Part shown: piece after piece, positions 13,501-26,099 of the stretch
Numbering within the stretch: position 1 is the stretch's first letter
Layout: each line of letters opens with the position of its first letter
From: Squalus acanthias
Lineage: Eukaryota
Assembly (NCBI GenBank): GCA_030390025.1
Contig: CM059431.1
Location: 151,156,001-151,220,000 of the forward strand
Length of the DNA stretch: 64,000 nt
Direction of reading: 5' to 3'
Program-made: the position numbers and the translations under genes
Notes under the pieces: generated by a model
Database searches by the model: none
What the model was told of the DNA's origin: nothing
What the model saw: only the letters and a program-made list of their open reading frames with translations

Positions 13501-16500
13501 TACTGGGTCTTTTCCCCTGGTACTATTCCACTGGCTCTCTTGTCAACTCGCGCTTTGCACTGGGGTTCTTTCAACTTGGTCTATTCTCTTGCTCACTGCC
13601 CCTGTAAATTTTCACTGTCTCTCATTGCCCTTGGATTTTTCACCTGTTTATTTTCCCCCGGGTCTCTTTTCCACTGGGACTATTCCCCTGGGTCCGTTTC
13701 CCACAGGTCTGTTATCCTCTGGATCTATTCCCCTGGGTCACTTTCCCATGTGTCTCTTATCCTCTGGGTCTATCCCCCTGGCTCTCTTTCCCCCGGGTTC
13801 CTTCTCCCCCTTGTCTATTCCCCTGGGTCTCTTTCCCATGTGTCACTTATCCTCTGGGTCTATTACCCTGGGTCCCTTTTCCCCCTTGTCTATTCCTCTC
13901 GGTCTCTTTTCCTTTGGGTCTATTCCCCTGGGTCACTTTCCCCTGGGTCTCTTTACCTCTGGGTCTATTCCACTGGGTCTCTTTCCCCTGGGTCTCTTTT
14001 CATCTGAGTCTATTCCACTTGGTCTCTTTTCCTCTGGTTCTGTTTTCCTCTGGGTCGATTCCCCCGGGTTTCTTTTCCTTTGGGTCTTTTACCCTGGGTT
14101 TCTATCCCACTGGGTCTCTTCCCCTTGGACGTTTCTTCTGAGACTTTTCACTTGGCACTAATCCCCTGGATCTTTTCCCCTGGGACTATTCCCCTATATC
14201 TTTTCCCCTGGGTCTTTTACCCTAGGATCCACTGGTACTGTTTCCTGTGGGAGTTTTCCCCTGTGTCTATTTGCCCTGCGAATTTCCCCTGGACCTTTTC
14301 CATGGGAGTTTCCTTTGTGTCTATTCCCCTGTCTCTCCTTCCCCTGGGACTTTTCCATGGGACTTTTCCATTGGGTCTTTACAACTGGGTCTTATTCACC
14401 CTTTTTTTTCTTTACCCTGGACCTTTCCTCTTGAACTTTTCAACTGGGGCTTTTCCCCTGGCTCTTATTCCTCCTGGACTTTTCCCCTGGGACTTTTCCC
14501 CTGGTTCTTTTTCATTGGGTCTCATTCACCTGGACCTTTCTTCTCAGTCTTTTCCACTGGAACATTACCCCTGTCTCTCTTTCCATTGGGACTTACCCCT
14601 TTGTCATTCCCCCTGGGACTTTTCCCCTGGGTCTTTTCCCCTGTGTCTCTTTCCCCTGGCACATTTCGCCTGGACCTTTTCCTCTGGGACTTTCCCATGG
14701 GACCTTTCCCCTGGGACTACTTCACTTGGGACTTTTCCCTGGGACTTTTCCCCTGTGTCTTTTCCACTGGGTCTCATTCACCATTGCTCTCTATTCCTGG
14801 ACCTTTGCTCTTGGCCTTTTCCCCTGTGTCTTTTCCCCTGGGTATTTTCCACTTGGTCTTCTCCCCATGGAATTTGCCTCTGTGACTTTAACCCTGGATT
14901 TTCCCCTCGGCATTTTCCGCTGTGTTCCCCTGGGACTCTTTTCCCCTGGGGCTTTTGCCTGCGTGTTTTCGCTTGGGGCTTTTCCCCTTGATTTTTTCCC
15001 CTGTTTCGCTTTCCCCTGTGACTTTACCCTGCGTCTTTTCCCCTGGGATGTTTGCGCTGCGTGTAGTCACTTGGATCTTTACCACTGGTTCATTTCTCCA
15101 TGATACCTTTTCCACTGGGTCCCTTACCCTGGGTCTGCTTCACCCGGGAAAATTTCCCGTGTTCACTTTTTCCCTACAAATTTTCCCCTGGGTTCTTTCC
15201 CCTGTGTCTGTTTCACCACGGGACATTTCCCTTGTTGACTTTACCCTTCGATTTTTTCCCCTGTGAATCTATTTCCTAGTTCTTTCCGCTGGAATATTTC
15301 CCCTGTTTGTTTTCCTCGGGACTCTTCTGCTGGGTCTGTTTCACACTGGCAAATTTATCATGGATTTTTGCGCTGGGAATCTATTCCCTGGGTTTTTCCC
15401 CTGGAACATTTACCCTTGTTTTTTTACTCGTGTCTTTTCCCCAGGGACATTTCCCCTGGGTCTTTTTGCCTATGTTTTTCCCACTGGGACTTTTCCCTGT
15501 TGTCTCTTTTCCCCAGGGACATTTTTCCTGGGTCATTTCGCCTGGAATTTTTCAACTGAGACTTTTCCCCTGGGTCTCTTTTCGAATGGGTCTCTTTTCC
15601 CCTGGGTCTTTTCCCCTGGGTCTCTTTTCCCCTGTTTTCTCCCTTGGGACGCTTGCCATGTGACTTCTCCAATGCATATTTTTACCTGTGTCATTTCTCC
15701 TGCGGCTGTTTCACCCCGAGACATTTTCCTTGTTCACTTTACTCTTGGATTTTTTTCCCTGGGAATCTATTATCTAGGTCTTCCCCTGGAACATTTCCCC
15801 TTTCTCTTTTCTGCGGGTCTTTTCTCCTGGGACTTTTCACTGTTGTCTCTTTAACCCTGTGTCTTTTCCCCTGGGACATTTTCCCTGGATTTTTTCACCT
15901 GTGTTTTTTCTGCTGGGACTTATCCCTGTTGCCTCGTTTTGCCTGGGTTTTTTCCCATTGGGACTTATTCCCTGGGTCTCTTTTCCAATGGGTCTCCATT
16001 CCCATGGTACTCCTTTCCTCTGTCTTTTCCCCCAATACGCTTACCCTGATTGTTATCTATTGGATCTTTTCCAATGGTTCATTTCCCCATTAATTCTTTT
16101 CCCCTGGGTCTCTTTCTCCAGAGACTTTTCCCCTGGCTCTTTTTTCCTGTTTCTTGGCCCCTGTGACTTGCTCCTGGGTCTTTCCCGCGGGTCACTATTC
16201 CCCTGACTCTTTCCCATTTGTCATTCTCTACGTCATTTCCCCTGGGACTTTTCACCTGTGACTTTTACTCTGGGACTTTTTTCCCTTGGTCTCGTTCACC
16301 TGGGACTTTTCCCCTGGAAATTTTCCCCTGTGGCTTTCCTCTGGGTCTTTACCGCTGGGTCTGTTTCCCCTCGGACTTTTCCACCGGTACTTTTCACCTG
16401 GGTTTCTTTTGCACTGGGTCTCATTTCCCCTTGGACTTTTCCACTGTGAATTTTCCCCTGGATCTTTTCCGCTGGGTCTTTTCCCTTGTATCTTTCCCCC

Positions 16501-19500
16501 TGGGTCTTTTCCCCTGTAACTTTTCCACTTTGTCTTTTCCCCTGGGTTCACCTGGAACTCTTTTCCCCTGGGACTTTTACCCTGCATCTTTTCACTCGGG
16601 ACTTTTCCTATAGAAGTTGGCCCCTGGGTCTCTTTCCCATGGGACTTTAACCTGGATCTTTACCACTGGTTTATTTCCCCATGGTTCAATTTCCGCTTGG
16701 TCTTTTCCCTGGTTCTGCTTCACCCTGGGACATTTCCCTTTTTCAATTAAACGTTGATTTTTTTCCCTGGAATCGATTCCCTATTTGTTTCCCCTGGAAC
16801 ATTTCCTCTGGTTGTTTTCCTCGGGGCTTTACCCCAATGACATTTCCCCTGGGATTTTACCACTGTGACTTTTTCTTGTTGTGTCTTTACCTCTGTGGCT
16901 TTTCCCCTGGGACATTTCCCCTTGATGTATTTGTCTGTGATTATTCCACTGGGATTTTTCCCTGTTGTATCTTTTTACCTGGGTTTATTTCAACTGTAAC
17001 ATTTCCCCAAAACTCTTTTCCACTGGGTCTCTTTTACCCTGGGAGCTTTCCACTGGAGCTTTTCCCCTGCGTTCTTTTCCCCTACATCTTGTCCCCCATG
17101 TCTCTTACCCTGAGTGTTATCCTCTGGATCTTTTCCAAAGGTTCAATTCCCCATGATCTCTTTTCCTCTGAATCTCGTTTCTGCTGGGTCCGTTTTCCTG
17201 GTGCTTTTCTCCTGGATATTTTCCCCTGGGACGTTGCGCTTGCATCTTGTCCCCCGGATCTTTACCACTGGCTCATTTCTCCATTGTCCCTTTTCCCCCG
17301 GGACTTTTCCCCATGATCTTTTCGCCTGGGTTTCTTCCACTGGGACTTTTCCCGGTTATCCCTTTTACCCTGGGTCTTTTCCCCATGGACTTTTCCCCTG
17401 GGACATTTCCCCTGGGTATTTTTGCCTGGGAGTTTCCACTGGGACTTTTCCCTGTTGTCTCGTTTTGCCTGGGTTTTTTTCAACTGGGACATTTCCCTGT
17501 GGTCTATTTTCCACTGGGTCTCTTTTCCCCTACGTCTTATCCCCCATGTCTCTTACTCTGTGTGTTATCCCCTGGATCTTTTCCAATGGTTCTTTTCCCC
17601 ATGATCTCTTATCCCCTGAATCTCTTTTCTGCTGGGTCCTTTCTTCTGGTGCTTTTCCCCATGGCCTTTTCGCCTGGGTTTCTTCCCCTGGGACTTTTCC
17701 CTGTTTTCTCTTTTCCACTGGGTCTTTTCCCCTCCCTGGGACTTTACCCCTGGGACAATTCCCCTCGGTATTTTTGACTGGGTTTTTTCCGCCTGGTGAT
17801 TTCACTGTTGTCTCATATTGCCTGGGAGTTTTTCCACCTGGACATTTCCCCTGGGTCTCTTTTCCAATGGGTCTCCTTTCCCCTGGGACTCTTTCCCTGG
17901 GTCTTTTGCCCTGGGTCTCTTTTCGCCAACGTCTTGTCCCCCGTGTCTTTTAACCTGGGTGTTATCCCCTGGATCTTTTCGAATGGTTCATTTCCCCATA
18001 ATCCCTTTTCCACTCTATCTCTTTCCCCTGGGACTCTTTCTCCAGAGAGTTTTCCCCTGTGTCTTTTCCCCTGGGTTTTTTGCCTGTGTCTTGGCCCCTG
18101 CAAATTTCCCCAGGGTCTTTCCTGCCTGTCTATATTCCCCTGGCACTTTCCCATTTGTCGTCCTCTGGGTTATTTCCCCTTGGACTTTACACCTGGGACT
18201 TTTCCTCTGGGTTCCCCTGGGATTGGTTCCCTTGGGACTTTTCTGCTGTGACATTTCCCCTGTGTCTCTTTCCACTGGGACTTTTCCCCCTGGACCTTTT
18301 CCCCTGAGTCTTACCGCTGGGTCTTTTCCCCGGAGTCTCACCGCTGGGTCTTTTCCCCTGGGTTTCATTCCCCTGGGACTTTCCTCTTGGAATTTTACCC
18401 TGTGGCATTTCCGCTGGATCCTTTCCGCTGGATCCTTTCCCCTGGATCTTTTCCCCTGGATATTTCACCATCGGACTTTTCCCCTATGACTTTTCGCCTG
18501 GGCATTTCCCCTGGGTTCCCCTGGGACTCTTTTTCCTTGGAACTTTTGCCCTGCGTCTTTTCTCTCTGATATTTTCCCATAGATGTTTTCTCCTGAGTCT
18601 CTTTCCTCTCGGACTTTACCCTTGACTTTTACCACTGGTTCATTTCTCCATGGTTCCATTTCTGCAGCGTATCTTACATGGGTCTGTTTCACCCTGGGAC
18701 ATTTCCTTTATTTACTTTACCATTTGATTATTTCCCCTGGTTATCTATTCCCTTGGTCTTTAGCCTTGAACATTTCCCCTGGTTGTTTCCCCAGGGACTT
18801 TTCTCCAGGGACTTTTCCCCTGGGTATTTTCGCCCGGGATATTTCCACTGGGACTTTTCCCTGTTGTCTCGTTTCCTCTGGATCACTTTTCCCCTGGATC
18901 TTTTTCTCCTGGGAGTTGTCTCCTGGATATTTTGCCCTTGGTCATTTCCCCTGAATATTTTACCCTGGGACTTTCCCCTGGTTCTTTCCCACGGGACTCT
19001 ATTCCCCCTGGCTCTTTACCATTTGTCGTCCCCTGGGTCATTTCCCAATGGACTTTTCACCTTTTTGCTTTTTCCCCTGCCGCTGCGACTGTATCCCTTG
19101 GGACTTTTCCCCTGGGTCTATTCCCCTAGGTGTTTTGCCTTTGGTTTTCCTTAGGAATTTTTCCCCTCGGATACTTTTCCCTGGAAATTTTGTCCTGCAT
19201 CTTTTCTGTAGGAACTTTTCCCAAAGATATTTATCCCTTGGTTTGTATCCACTGGGACTTTACCCTGCATCATTACAACTGGTTCATTTCCCCAAGGTTC
19301 CCTTTCCGCTACGTCGTTTACCTGGGTCTGTTTCATCCTGGGACATTTAAATTATTCACTTCATCATTGGATTTTTCCCCTGGGAATCTATTCCGTTGGT
19401 CTTTACCCTGGAACATTTCCCCTGGTTGTTTTGCCAGGACATTTCCCCAGGGAGTTTTGCACTCGGTCCTGTCGCCTGGGATTTTTCCACTATGAATTTA

Positions 19501-21379
19501 CCCTACTGTATCGTTTTGCCTGTTTTTTTCCCCACTGGGTCTTTTCCCCTTGGTCTTTTTCCCTACCACTTGTCCCCCCGGGTCTCTTACCCTGATGTGT
19601 TAACGCCTGGATCTTTTCCAATGGTTCATTTCCCCATTATCTCTTTTCCCATGGGTCTTTTCCACTGGTTAATTTCCCCTAGGTAATTTCCCCTTGGATT
19701 TTCCCTTGGATCTTTTCCGCAGGTCACTATTCCACTGGCTCTTTACCATTTGGCATCTACTGTGTCATTTCCCCTGGGAATTTTCACCGTTATATTTTTT
19801 CCCCTGCATTCCCCTGGTACTTTTTTCCCTTGGGACTTTTCCCCTGGTTCTTTCCCCCTGGATCTTTTCCCCTGGGTGTTTTCACTGGGACTTTTACCCA
19901 TGGTCTATTTTCCCCTTGGTCTATTTTCCCCTGCGTCTTGTCCCCCATGTCTCTTAACCTGAGTGTTATCTCCTGGATCTTTTCCAATGATTCATTGCCC
20001 CACGATTTCTTTACCCCTGGGTCTCTTACCCCTGGGTCTTTGCCCCTGGGACTTTTGCACTGTGACTTTTCCTCTGTATATTTTCCCCTGGGTCTTTTCC
20101 CCTGGGTATTTTCCCCGGGTCTTTTCCGCTTGGATTCTTTTCCCCTGGGACTTTTACGCTCAATTTTTTCGCTTGGAACTGTTCCCCTAGATGGTTTCCC
20201 GTGGGTCTTATTGCACTGGGTCATTACGCTGGATCTTATCCATTGGTTTATTACCCCATGGTTCCATTTCCGCTGGATATATTCCCTGGGTCTCCTTCTC
20301 CCCTCGGTCTTTTCGCCTGGGGTGTTTCCTCTGGGACATGTCCCCAGGGTATTTTCACCTGGGATTTTTCCTCTGAGACTTTTCCCTGTTGTCTCGTTTT
20401 GCCTGTTTTTTTTTCCACTTGGAGCTTTCCCCGGGGTCTCTTTTCCACTCGGTCTCTTTTCACCGTGGGCATTACCCATGGAGATTTTCCCCTGCGTCTC
20501 TTTTCCCTGCGTCTTGTTCCCCGTGCTACTTTACCTATGTGTTATCCCTTGGATCTTTACCAATCATTAATTTCCCCATGATCTCTTTTCCCCTGTGTCT
20601 CTTTTCCGCTGGGTCCTTTCTCCTGGGACTTTTCCCCTGCGTCTTTTCCCCTGGAACGTTGCCCATGCATCTTGTCCCCTGGATCTTTACCACTGGTTTA
20701 TTTCCCGATTGTCCCTTTTCCGCTGGGTCCTTTCCCCTAGGTATGTTTCACTCTGGGACATTTCCCTTGTTCACTTTACTCTTGGATTTTTCCCCCTGGG
20801 ATTCTATTCCCTAGGTATTTCCCCGAGAACATCTCACCCACTTCTTTTCACCTCGGAATTTCCCCAGGGACTTTTCCCCTGTCTCCTTTCGCCTGGGACT
20901 TTTACCCTGGGACTTTTACCCTGGGTCTTTTCCCCTGGGTATTTTTTCTGGGTATTTCCCACTGTGGCTTTTCCCCTGGGTCTTTTCACCAAGTCTGTTC
21001 CACTGTGGCTTTCCGAAGATCTTTTCCCCTGTGTTCCCCTCGGACTCTTTTCCACTGGGGCTTTTCCCCAGGGTCTTTTACCCTGGGTTCACCTCGGACT
21101 CATTTCCCCTGGGACTTTTCCCCTGCATCTTTCCGCTTGGGACATTTCCACTCGATGTTTTCCCCTGGGTCTCCCCTGTGTCGTTTCCACTGGGGCTTTT
21201 CTCCTGTGTCTTTTCCCCTTGGGCTTTTACGCTGGGTCTTTACCCTTGGTCTTTCCCGTGGGTCTCTATACCCCTGGCTCTTTCCCATTTGTCTTCCCCT
21301 GGTATTGTTTCCCTTAGGACTTTTCCCCTGGGACCTTTCCCCTTGTTCTCTTTCCACTGTAACTTTTCCCATGGACTGT

Positions 21380-21650
21380 TTCCCCTGGGACTTTTCCATG
21401 GGTCTTTTCCCCTGGGACTTCTCCACTTGGTCTTATTCACCCTGTTTCTCTTTCTCCTGGGACATTTTCTCTAGGTCTTTTCCACTGGGGCTTTTCCACT
21501 GGCTCCTTTTCCCCTGGGACTTTTCCATGGGTCTTTTCCCCTGGGACTTTTCCACTTGGTCTTATTCACCCTGTTTCTCTTTCTCCTGGGACATTTTCTC
21601 TAGGTCTTTTCCACTGGGGCTTTTCCACTGGCTCCTTTTCCCCTGGGACA
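21380..21650. repeat. Recent 129-bp tandem duplication in the satellite
   Basis: CTTTTCCATGGG occurs at 21391 and 21520. The same 43-aa string appears twice in ORF 21005..21994. Confidence 0.9.
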
Positions 21651-24600
21651 GTGCCCCTGGGTCTTTCCCCCTGGGTCTTTTCACCTGCGTCTTTTACCAT
21701 ATGACTTTTCCCCTGGGATTTTCCCCCTGCTTCATTTCCCCTGCGTCTTTCGCCTTGGTTCCTCAAGGACTCTTTCACCATGGAATTTACGCTGCATCTT
21801 TTTGCTTGGCACTTTCCCCCTGGGATTCTTCGCCTGGACCATTTCCTCTAGGACTTTCCCTTGGGTCTTTTCGGCTGGATATTTACCACTGGGACTTTTC
21901 CTTGTTGTGTCTTTTAGCCAGTGGCTTTTTTTCTGTGACTTTTCCCATGGGACATTTCCCCTTGGTCTTTTCCCAATGCTCTCTTTTCCCCTGAGTCTCT
22001 TTTCCGCTGTGTCCTTTCTCCTGGGTCTTTTCCCCTGGGAATTTTCCCCTGCGTCTTGTCACCTTGGTCTTTAACACTGGTTCATTTCCCAATGGTCCCT
22101 TTTCCGCTGGGTCCTTTCCCCAGGGTCTGTTTCACCCTGGGACATGTCCCTTTTTCACATTACCCTTGGATTTGTTCCCCTGGGAATCTATTCCCTAGCT
22201 CATTCCCCTGGAACATTTCCCCCAGTTCATTTCCCCTGGGAGTTTTCCCTGGGTCTTTTCGCCTGTGCCTTTCCCACTGGGGCATTTCCCCGGGTATTTT
22301 ACCCTGGGTTTTTCCCCCTTGGTCTATTCCACTATTGATTTTTCTGGGTCTTTTCCCCTCAGTTCCCCTGGGACTCTTTTCCACTTGTTCATTTCCCCCA
22401 AGTATTTTCCCCTGGGTTCCCCTCTGATTCTTTTCAACTAGGTCATTTCCCCTGCATCTTTCCGCTTGGGACTTTTCCACTAGGAATTTTCCCCTGGTTC
22501 TCTCTCCCCTGTGTCTTTTCCACTTGGGCGTTTCCCCTGGTACTTTTCCCCTGTGACATTTCCCCTGGGTCTTTTCACCGTGGTACTTTACCCCTGGGTC
22601 TTCTCCCCTGTGAACTTTCCCTGGTAATTTTCACTGTGACATTTCCCCTGTGTCTTTGGTCTGGGACTTTTCCCTTGAGATATTTACCAATCGGCTTTTC
22701 CCCATGGAATTTTCCCCTGGAGCTTTTCAGCTCATCTTTTCCCCTGAAATATTTCCCCATGGCATTTTCCCAGTGGCTTTTCCCCTGGATCTTTTCCACT
22801 GGTTTGTTTCCCTGGGTCTTTTCCCCTGGGGCATTTCCTCTGGTTGTTTTCCACTGGTTTGTTTCCCTGGGTCTTTTCCCCTGGGGCATTTCCGCTGGTT
22901 GTTTTCCACTGATATATTTCCCCTGGGTCTTTTCTATGGGGAATTTTCCCCTTGGGATTTCCCTCTAGTTCTTTACCCTGAGACATTTCCCCTGGGTCAT
23001 TTCCCCGGGTCATTTCCCCGAAGTATTTACCCAAGGTCTTTTCCCCTGGGACATTTCCATGGGGTATTTTCCCCTACGAACTTTCCCATGGGCCTATACC
23101 CCTTGGTCTGTTCCCCTGTGACATTTACCCAGGGAGTATTCCCCTGGGTCTTTTCCCCTGGGTATCTTTCTTCTGGGACATTTCCCTGCGTTTTATTTCC
23201 CCCTGGGTCTTTTATCCTGGAACCTTTCCCCTGGATCTCTTCCACTGCCGCTTTTCCCCGGCTCTTCTCCACTCAGTCTCTTTCCCTCTTTGATTTCACC
23301 TGGGACTCTTCCCCTGGTTCTTCCTCCCTCGGATTCTTCCCCTGGGTCTTTTCCCCTTGTTCTTCTCCCCTGGATATATTCCCCTGGGACATTTCCCCTG
23401 GGCCTCTCCCCCTGGTTCTTTACCCTCGTTCTTCTCCCCTTGGATTTTTCCTTAAGTCTTTACCCTTGAGTCTCTTTCCCACTGGGTCTTTGCCCCTGTG
23501 AATTTTCCCTGGTTCTTTTCCCCTGAATCATTTATCCTGGGTCTATGCTCTGGGACATTTCCCCTGAGATATTTCCCCATGGTCTTTTCCCCATGGAATT
23601 TCCCCTATGGCTTTTCCTCTGGTTCTTTTCCCATGAAACATTTCACTGGGTATTTCCCCCTGGTACATTCCCCTGAGACTTTTCCCCTGTGTCTTTTCCA
23701 TTGGGATTTTCCCCAAGATGTCATCCACTGTTTAATTTCTTCTAATTCTTTTCCACTGAGACATTTCCCCAGGGAATTTTCCCCTGGGCCTTTCTCTCTG
23801 GGTCTTTTTCCTGGGACTTTTCCCCTTGATCTTTCCCCCTGGGTCTCTTTCCTCTGGACCATTTCCCCTAGGACTTTCTACTGGCTCTTTTTCCCTTTGT
23901 CTCTTTCTCCTGGGAATCTTCCACTGGGACTTTTCCCCTGGGACTTTTCCCCTGGATCTTTTCCAATGGGACTTTTCCCCTCGGTGTTTTCCCCTGTGTC
24001 TTTATCTCTGGGTCTCTTTCCCCTGGGTCTTTGCCCTGTACCATTTCCCCAAGGACTTTCTACTGGCTCTTTTCCACTGGGTCTCTTTTCCCCTGGGAAA
24101 CTTTTCACTCGGTCTATTCCCCTTGGGCTCTTTTGCCCTTGAACTTCTCCCCTGGGTATTTTCCCCTGGATCTCTTTTCCCCTTGGTCTCTTTTACGCTT
24201 GGTCTCTTTTTACCTCCGTCTTGTCCCCTGGGTCTTTTCCCCTGGGTCTTCTCCCCTTTGTCTCGTCCCCTGGGTCTTTTCCCCTGGGTCTTAGCCCTTG
24301 GGATCTTTCCTCTGGGCTTTTTCCTCTGGGTCTCTATTCCCCTGACTATTTCTCCTGTGCCTCTTTTCCCCGAGGTCTGCTCCCCTAGCCCTCTTCACCT
24401 GGTCTTTACCTGGGACTTTTCGACAGGGTCTTTTCCCCTGGGTATCTTTCCTCTGGGAATGTTCCCCTGTCTTTCTTACTCCCTGCGCCTTTTACCCTGC
24501 AACCTTTGCCCTGGATCTCTTCCACTGTTTCCTTTCCCCGGGTCTTCTCTGCTCAGTCTCTTCCCCTCAGTGATTTCCCCTGGTAATGTTCCCCTTGGTT

Positions 24601-26099
24601 TTATCCGCTCGGTCTCTACCCCTGGGTCTTTTACCCTTACTATTTCTCCTGGATCATCTCGCCTGGGACTTTTCCGATTGGCCTTTCCCCCTGGGTCTCT
24701 TCTCATTGGTTTTTAACCTAGGTCTTCTCCCCTTGGATATGTCCCCTAGCACTTTCCCCTGGGACTTTTACCCTGTGAATTTCCCGTGGTTCTTTTCCGC
24801 TGAGACATATCCCCTGGGTCTATGCTCTGGGACATTTCCCCTCAGATATTTCCCCATGGTCTTTTCCCCAGGAATTATTCCCCTCTGGCTTTTCCTCTGG
24901 TTCATTTCCTCTGATACATGTCCCCGGGTCTTTTCCCATGGGACATTCCCCTGACACATTTCCCCTGGGTCTTTTCCCTGGGAATTTTCCTCTGGTTCTT
25001 TTCCACTGCGACCATCCCCCTGACATATTTCCGCTGTGTCTTTTCCACTGGATATTTTCCCCGGGCTTTTCCTCTGGTTGTTTTCTACTGAGACATGTCC
25101 CCTGGCTCTTTTCCCCCGGGAAATTTCCCCTGGAGCTTTTCCTCTGGTTCTCTTGCCCGAGACATTTCCCATGAGACTTTACACTGGGTTTTTTCCCGTG
25201 GGTCTCTTTTCTCCTGGGTCTTTTCTCCTGCGACTTTTCCTCCGGGTCTTTTCCCATTGGTCTCTTTCCCTGAGTCTTTCCCTTGGGTCTTCCCCCCTGG
25301 GTATTTTCCCTTGTGTCTTTTCCCCTGGGTCTTTTCCACTGGGTCTCTTTTGCCCTGCGTCTTTTACCCCGTGTCTCTTAACGTGAGTGTTAGCCCCTGG
25401 ATCTTTTCCAATGGTTCATTTCCCCATGATTTATTTTCCCCTGGGCCTCTTGTCACCTGTGTTTCTTTCACCTAGGACTTTTCCCCTGTATCGTTTTCCC
25501 CGGATCTTTTCCCCTGGTTCTTTTCACCTGTGTATTGGCCCCTGGGTCTTTACTCCGGGTCTCTTTTCCGTGGTTCTTTTCACCTGAGACATTTCCCCTG
25601 GGTCATATCCCATGGGTCTCACTCTACCTGGGGCATTTCCCCTGGAAACTTTTCCCCTAGGTCTTTTCCCCTGTGTATCCTTCTCTGCGACGTTTCCCCT
25701 CGGTTTTTAACCCCCTGGGTGTTTTACCCTACAACGTTTGCCATGGATCTCTTCTACTGTCTCATTTCCACTGAGCCATCTCCTCTCAGTCTCTTCCTTA
25801 GGGTGATTTCCCCTGGGACTGTTCATCTGGGTCTTCTCACCTCGGACTCTACCCCAGGGTCTTTTTTTCCCCTTGTTCTTTTCCAAGTGATATTTTCCCC
25901 TCGGGATGTTCCCCTGGGACTATTCCCCTGGGTCTCTTCCCCTGGGTCTTTAACCTCGGTCTTCTCCACTTGGATTTTTTCCTGAGTCTTTTCCCCTGGG
26001 ACTTTTCCCCTGAGAAATTTCCACTGGGTCTTTTCCCCTGGGAAATTTCACCTGGAGGTTTTCCTTTGGTTCTTTTCCCCAAGAGATTCCCCCTGGGTC